Shown piece by piece: positions 29,385 to 33,441 of a DNA stretch of 33,441 nucleotides (positions are counted from its first letter, which is position 1; every line of letters starts with the position of its first letter). The DNA lies in the NCBI GenBank assembly GCA_041633885.1, contig JBFJMM010000001.1, positions 1 to 33,441 of the forward strand, written 5' to 3'. Both the position numbers and the translations under genes were made by a program. The notes under the pieces were generated by a model. It searched no databases, was not told the origin of the DNA, and worked only from the letters and a program-made list of their open reading frames with translations. Source of the DNA: Porticoccaceae bacterium (lineage in GTDB: Bacteria; Pseudomonadota; Gammaproteobacteria; Pseudomonadales; Porticoccaceae).

Positions 29385-29408
29385 CTGCCCTTCCGCTTTT
29401 TCCCGCTA

Positions 29409-30911
29409 CTAGCTCAACAGTTCGTACTCGGAAAAATCCGGGGCCTCCATCTCCCTGTAAAAGCGACTCGGGTGCCAGGGATACAGATTGGGCTTGCCGG
29501 TCTTGTCGATATACCAGCTCGCGCATCCCCCCGAAGCCCAGATGGTGTTGCCCACCGCCGCGAACATGGCCTTGTTGAAGGCGTCAAACGCCGCTTTTTT
29601 AACCACAATACCGGATGATTTTTCGGCCTTGATCTTGTTCAGACACTGAATCATATAGCCGATCTGCACTTCGGTTATGGAGATCAGCGACAGATTACCA
29701 ACCGGCCCGGTCGGCCCTTCGAGCATCCAGAAGTTAGGAAATCCCGGTATCGTCATGGCGCGGTGGGCGCGGGGCGCGCCGTCCCACATGGCGCTCAATT
29801 CAATGTTGTTCTCACCATATACTTTGGCTGGCAGAATAAAATCCGAGACCTTGAAGCCGGTGGCCAGCACCAGCACATCCAGTTCGTGCAACTGACCATC
29901 GTTGGTGCGCACCCCCCGCGGTTCGATGGCCTTAATACCCTCCGTCACCAACTGCGCATTGTCGCGACTGATGGCCGGGTAAAAATCAGAACAGAAAATC
30001 AGCCGCTTGCAGGTCGCTTTGTAACTGGGCGTCAGCTTGGCGCGCAATTCCGGGTCGGGCACCCCTCTGGCGAGGGCCTTCAGGCAGGCCTTTTCAATCT
30101 TCTGCTGCTGTGCCATATCCCCCACGGTGGCACGGGCGAACGTGGTCAGCATCAGGCGTTTGTAAAACCAGGCAAGCACCCTGTGCAGCTGCGGGAAGGT
30201 GCGCAAAAATGCTTTCCAGGGTGCACTGTATTTTTTCTGGGGTAGCGGCGCCATCCAGTGGGGGGTGCGCTGAAACACCGTCATGTGGCCAACCTTTTTG
30301 GTAATCTCGCCGACTATTTGGGCGGACGTGGATCCGGTACCGATAATGCCCACCCGTTTCCCGGCGAGGGATACCGAGTCATTCCAGCGGGCGGTGTGGA
30401 ACATCGGACCCTGAAAGGAATCCAGCCCCGCAATATCCGGATAGGCCGGGTGGTGCAAAATCCCGGTCGCGGATATCACGAAGTCGTACAACTGCGGCTC
30501 GTGACCCTGCGCCTGCAACCGCCAGTTCGGCCCCAGGTATTTAAGCTCGGTCACTGGACTGTTTAACTGCACCACGGACATTACGTCATATTTTTCGGCG
30601 ACGTGGTCGATATAGCGCAGAATTTCCGGTCCGTAGGAAAAACGGTGGGTCCAGTCGGAATTTGGCTCGAACGAATAGGAATACCAGTATGAGGGCACGT
30701 CGCAGGACAGCCCCGGGTAGTGATTGTCCCGCCAGGTACCACCGATTCGATCCGCCTTCTCGTAGACCGTAATATCCGTGTAACCCGCCTCGCGCAACTT
30801 GATCACGGCGCCGATACCCGACAATCCGGCACCCACAATGGCGATGCGGGGGGTACGCCCTTCCTTCGCCCAACTGGAATTGATAAGTTCTGATTGACCC
30901 TGACTGCCCAT
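29409..30911 (-). CDS. Type I Baeyer-Villiger / flavin-containing monooxygenase (FAD, NADPH)
   Basis: 500 aa. FAD site IVGAGLSGIG, BVMO motif GGTWRDNHYPGLSCD, BVMO fingerprint FQGPMFHTARWN (FxGxxxHxxxW) and a second Rossmann motif VGIIGTGSTSAQ. GGGGGAG lies upstream of the ATG. Confidence 0.85.
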   Translation of the reverse strand: MGSQGQSELINSSWAKEGRTPRIAIVGAGLSGIGAVIKLREAGYTDITVYEKADRIGGTWRDNHYPGLSCDVPSYWYSYSFEPNSDWTHRFSYGPEILRYIDHVAEKYDVMSVVQLNSPVTELKYLGPNWRLQAQGHEPQLYDFVISATGILHHPAYPDIAGLDSFQGPMFHTARWNDSVSLAGKRVGIIGTGSTSAQIVGEITKKVGHMTVFQRTPHWMAPLPQKKYSAPWKAFLRTFPQLHRVLAWFYKRLMLTTFARATVGDMAQQQKIEKACLKALARGVPDPELRAKLTPSYKATCKRLIFCSDFYPAISRDNAQLVTEGIKAIEPRGVRTNDGQLHELDVLVLATGFKVSDFILPAKVYGENNIELSAMWDGAPRAHRAMTIPGFPNFWMLEGPTGPVGNLSLISITEVQIGYMIQCLNKIKAEKSSGIVVKKAAFDAFNKAMFAAVGNTIWASGGCASWYIDKTGKPNLYPWHPSRFYREMEAPDFSEYELLS

Positions 30912-31343
30912 TACTCCCCCTGTGGTTCACTGCCTGCCCGTCAACGACTGTGGTTCAACCCCAACCGCCCACGGTCGCGCGCCTAGATTACCTGGTGCAA
31001 AGTGTATCCCAAAGTGCCCCGCCAACCCGTTTTTTATACCCCGGAGAACGGGAAAACAACCCAGGTATTGACGCATATCATGGGTATTGGCGGGAACGCC
31101 ACACCGCGGAGCCATTTGTCCGATGTCGTTTTTGCCGTCACTTCCATGGGCTTTTTAGATGGATAATGCGGATTACCTGCGTTCTGGATCGCGGGGCGAT
31201 CGAGCCGCTTGCGCTGCTGATCTGTTGTGGCACATGATTCCATTGCCTGCTGTTGTGCCACGGCGTTGTGCCAAGCTGTACACCACACTGCGGATCTGTC
31301 GTGTGGAGCACCCTGGCTCCAAAACGATATCGGGAGCATGTCT

Positions 31344-32159
31344 ATGGAACTGGAAAACAAAGTGGTGTTACTGACCGGTGCCGGAGGTGGCATCGGCCAG
31401 GCACTGGCAAAGCGGCTGGCCGATGCCGGCGCGTCGCTCCTCCTCAGCGGCCGCGACCAGAGCGCACTGCAGGCCCTGTGTGGCGAATTGCCCGGCGAAC
31501 ATCGCGTGGTGGTTGCCGATCTGAACACCGAAACCGGTCGCAACCGGTTGCTGGACGCCTGCCGCCTATACCCCCGGCCCGTGGATATCCTTATTAATAA
31601 CGCCGGCATCAATCGCTTCGGGTTGTTTCGCAATTTACGGCAATCCGACCTGGAAGTTCTGTTGATGACCAATCTGGTCGCCCCCATGCTGTTAACAAGG
31701 GCGCTGCTACCGGTGCTGATTGAAAGAAACCAGGGCATGATCGTCAATGTCGGCGCCACAATGGGCAGTGTCGCGTTTCCCGGCTTTGCCGCCTTCAGCG
31801 CCACCAAATTCGGCCTGCGCGGTTTCACCGAAGCACTGCGCAGGGAGCTGGATGGATCCGTGCAGGTGCTGTATATCGCACCCCGCACCACCCGCACGGC
31901 TTTTAACGCCGGTGCCGTGGAGGCGTTGAACAGAGCCCTCAAAACCCCCACCGACAAACCCGACAGGGTGGCCGCAGCCATCGTGAGAGCCATAAAACGC
32001 AACCAGCCGATCACCCAGCTCGGCTGGCGGGAACGGCTATTCGCCCGTATCAACGCATTGCTTCCCGGTAAAATCGACAGGGCGTTGCGCAAAAAATTGC
32101 CTGCGATCAGCCGCTTTGCAAAGCAAGCAACGCAGCCAACACCTCGAGTCAGGGAATAA
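31344..32159 (+). CDS. Short-chain dehydrogenase/reductase-fold protein with atypical active-site residues
   Basis: MELENKVVLLTGAGGGIGQALAKRLA (TGxxxGxG), NNAG, and ...GFAAFSATKFGLRGFTEALRREL. I prefer the ATG at 31344, which has GGGAG 7 nt upstream. The 437-aa antisense track ORF (31034-32347) is a shadow. Confidence 0.85.
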   Translation: MELENKVVLLTGAGGGIGQALAKRLADAGASLLLSGRDQSALQALCGELPGEHRVVVADLNTETGRNRLLDACRLYPRPVDILINNAGINRFGLFRNLRQSDLEVLLMTNLVAPMLLTRALLPVLIERNQGMIVNVGATMGSVAFPGFAAFSATKFGLRGFTEALRRELDGSVQVLYIAPRTTRTAFNAGAVEALNRALKTPTDKPDRVAAAIVRAIKRNQPITQLGWRERLFARINALLPGKIDRALRKKLPAISRFAKQATQPTPRVRE

Positions 32160-32352
32160 CAGGTCTCCGTCCCGACGATTCGACCCCAAAGCGGGCCCCT
32201 CGGCACCTCCGAAGGGCTTATCAAACCGTCTTTACGCCCGCCAGCCCCGCACTCCGTCATACCTGCCGACGAGCGCCAACGCCAAGCTGCCAGTCCGCTC
32301 CCGGTAAGGGTCCGCTCACCGCGACCGAACAATCCGGGGTTGATCACATTTT

Positions 32353-32402
32353 TTCATACATATAGTGTTGCAATTCATTTTCATCCACACTATCTTGTGC
32401 CA
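32353..32402 (+). promoter_or_regulatory. Candidate nrdA promoter overlapped by two degenerate NrdR-box-like elements
   Basis: TTGCAA (32368-73), a 17-nt spacer, then TATCTT (32391-96). One half-perfect NrdR-like site, ..ACATATAGTGT, ends at 32368. A second, ACACTATcttgtg, starts at 32387. Each matches only one half of the acaCwAtATaTwGtgt consensus. Confidence 0.3.
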
Positions 32403-32645
32403 CTGGAGAGGTTGGATACTATATCTGGGGTTTAGAAAACCATACCTAATACAATCGGATAGAGCGGGAAATGATGACGCAGTCGAGCAGAATATTCTAT
32501 CGCGCTGCCACACAGGGCCTAACCACCGCGCAACACCGAAAAATGTACCACCACATAACAACACAACACTTTGCCACCGGACGTATCGCGACCGCACAGC
32601 CACAGCACACAACAACAAACGAGTGACATAGCAGGTAATATTTGT

Positions 32646-33441
32646 ATGGAATCCACAACACAGGCCGGACAATCAGCCCATCCCGATTCACAGCCAGCCC
32701 AGCCGGACGCCCGCCAGGGTGCGCCCAGTCTCAGCGCCCGCGCCAGCTCGGTAAGTGCCACGGCACCCGGCAAACTACGGGTTATTAAGCGCAACGGCAC
32801 GGTGGTGCCCTACGACGATTCAAAAATCGCGGTGGCCATCACCAAGGCATTTCTTGCCGTGGAAGGCGCGGCCGCGGCGGCCTCCGGGCGTATTCACAAC
32901 ACCGTGGCGGCCCTCAACGCCCAGGTCACTGAAACCTTCAAACGGCGCATGCCCTCCGGTGGCACCGTGCATATCGAGGATATTCAGGATCAGGTGGAGC
33001 TGGCCCTGATGCGCAGCGGCGAGCAGCGCATCGCCCGTTCCTACGTCATTTACCGGGAGGAACGCTCCCGGGAACGGGCCGCCGAGCGCCCCGCGCCGCT
33101 GCCTACGGAATACAGCGAGACCCACATCGAAGTGACCTGCGACGACGGCACCCGCGGCCCGCTGGATATGGATCGTCTGCACACCGTGGTCAGTGAGGCC
33201 TGCGCGGACCTGAAGGATGTCGAAGTAGACGCCATTCTCAAGGAAGCTCTGCGCAACCTGTACGACGGTGTGTCCATGAAAGACGTCAACACATCGCTGG
33301 TTATCACCGCCCGCACCCTGGTGGAAAAGGAACCCAATTACACCTACGCCACCGCACGTTTGCTGATGGACGGCCTGCGCGCCGAGGCACTGTCCTTCCT
33401 GGGCACTGCGGAAGGGGCTACCCAGCAGGAAATGGTGCAGC
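32646..33441 (+). CDS. nrdA: Class Ia ribonucleotide reductase alpha subunit (5' part; continues beyond the window)
   Basis: My translation from the ATG at 32646 gives MESTTQAGQSAHPDSQPAQPDARQGAPSLSARASSVSATAPGKLRVIKRNGTVVPYDDSKIAVAITKAFLAVEG...RMPSGGTVHIEDIQDQVELALMRSGEQRIARSYVIYREER. These are ATP-cone sequences closely resembling Pseudomonas-type NrdA. Confidence 0.9.
   Translation, partial: MESTTQAGQSAHPDSQPAQPDARQGAPSLSARASSVSATAPGKLRVIKRNGTVVPYDDSKIAVAITKAFLAVEGAAAAASGRIHNTVAALNAQVTETFKRRMPSGGTVHIEDIQDQVELALMRSGEQRIARSYVIYREERSRERAAERPAPLPTEYSETHIEVTCDDGTRGPLDMDRLHTVVSEACADLKDVEVDAILKEALRNLYDGVSMKDVNTSLVITARTLVEKEPNYTYATARLLMDGLRAEALSFLGTAEGATQQEMVQ

Noticed and set aside
31226-31246. 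TGGCAC followed by TTGC, resembling a sigma-54 -24/-12 promoter upstream of the SDR.
   Set aside because: The GG-to-GC spacing is 4 nt too long (TGGCAC-N10-TTGC instead of TGGCAC-N5-TTGC). The reverse-strand TGGCAC copies also lack a correctly spaced TTGC.
31034-32347. 437-aa ORF on the minus strand covering the whole SDR gene and both flanks, the longest unexplained ORF in the track.
   Set aside because: Its composition is R/S/A/P-rich and low-complexity, with no recognisable motif. The opposite strand encodes a clear SDR (TGxxxGxG, NNAG, xSATK). This is a typical antisense shadow ORF of a GC-rich gene. The same applies to 26750-27658, 25675-26310, 10691-11305, 3170-3829, 14527-15195 and most short track ORFs nested in large genes.
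32397-32406. GCCACTG (the B12-box-like heptamer of cobalamin riboswitches) in the nrdA leader. Class I RNR genes are sometimes B12-riboswitch controlled.
   Set aside because: The other conserved cobalamin-riboswitch elements are not found in the correct order around it. These are the upstream GGGAA/GGTG core and the paired GCnACTG...GGGAAGGC context. The single heptamer is best explained by chance. A cmscan with RF00174 would settle it.
1-33441. A search for defence systems, prophage or mobile-element signatures, CRISPR arrays, toxin-antitoxin cassettes other than sdhE-ygfX, and tRNA/rRNA genes.
   Set aside because: I found no integrase, transposase or recombinase-like ORFs, no long inverted or direct terminal repeats, no spacer-repeat arrays and no tRNA-like cloverleaf candidates in the intergenic regions. 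Coding density is accounted for by housekeeping genes. I could not run composition statistics or database searches, so short or highly divergent elements could have been missed.

Overview
This is a moderately GC-rich gammaproteobacterial chromosome segment. Gene content and order resemble the Pseudomonas/Cellvibrionales-type core genome; this taxonomic guess is inferred from synteny only. About 34 recognisable genes explain nearly all of the window. (i) Minus strand: rpoE/algU, mucA/rseA, mucB/rseB, mucC/rseC, mucD(degP), lepA, lepB and a DUF4845-like ORF, with nadB divergent. (ii) sdhE-ygfX divergent from ygfZ, then a small membrane protein, gloA and a Yip1-like membrane protein. (iii) A complete cbb3 oxidase locus, ccoNOQP-ccoGHIS, plus a translationally coupled TauE/DsbD_2-like gene. 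(iv) argG, pyrC-rnt, grxD and argD-argF. (v) The only accessory-looking stretch (about 27.8-32.3 kb): a membrane fatty-acid-desaturase-family enzyme, a 73-aa acidic ORF, a type I Baeyer-Villiger monooxygenase and a divergent SDR. (vi) The 5' part of nrdA. I saw no tRNA or rRNA genes, CRISPR array, integrase or transposase, and no defence-like genes. I found no convincing evidence for a new multi-gene system here. Many ORF-track entries are antisense shadow ORFs or N-terminally over-extended. I re-derived starts from ATG/GTG codons, Shine-Dalgarno spacing and N-terminal similarity to remembered homologues. The most interesting observations are small-scale: an SDR whose catalytic Ser/Tyr positions read Ala/Phe; a sigma-E-type promoter in an unusually long rpoE-rseA spacer; an FNR/Anr-type class II promoter in front of an uncharacterised Yip1-like gene just after the cco locus; an orphan intrinsic-terminator-like hairpin directly upstream of argD; a perfect 15-nt tandem direct repeat upstream of sdhE; and repeat-rich non-coding spacers around the monooxygenase module.
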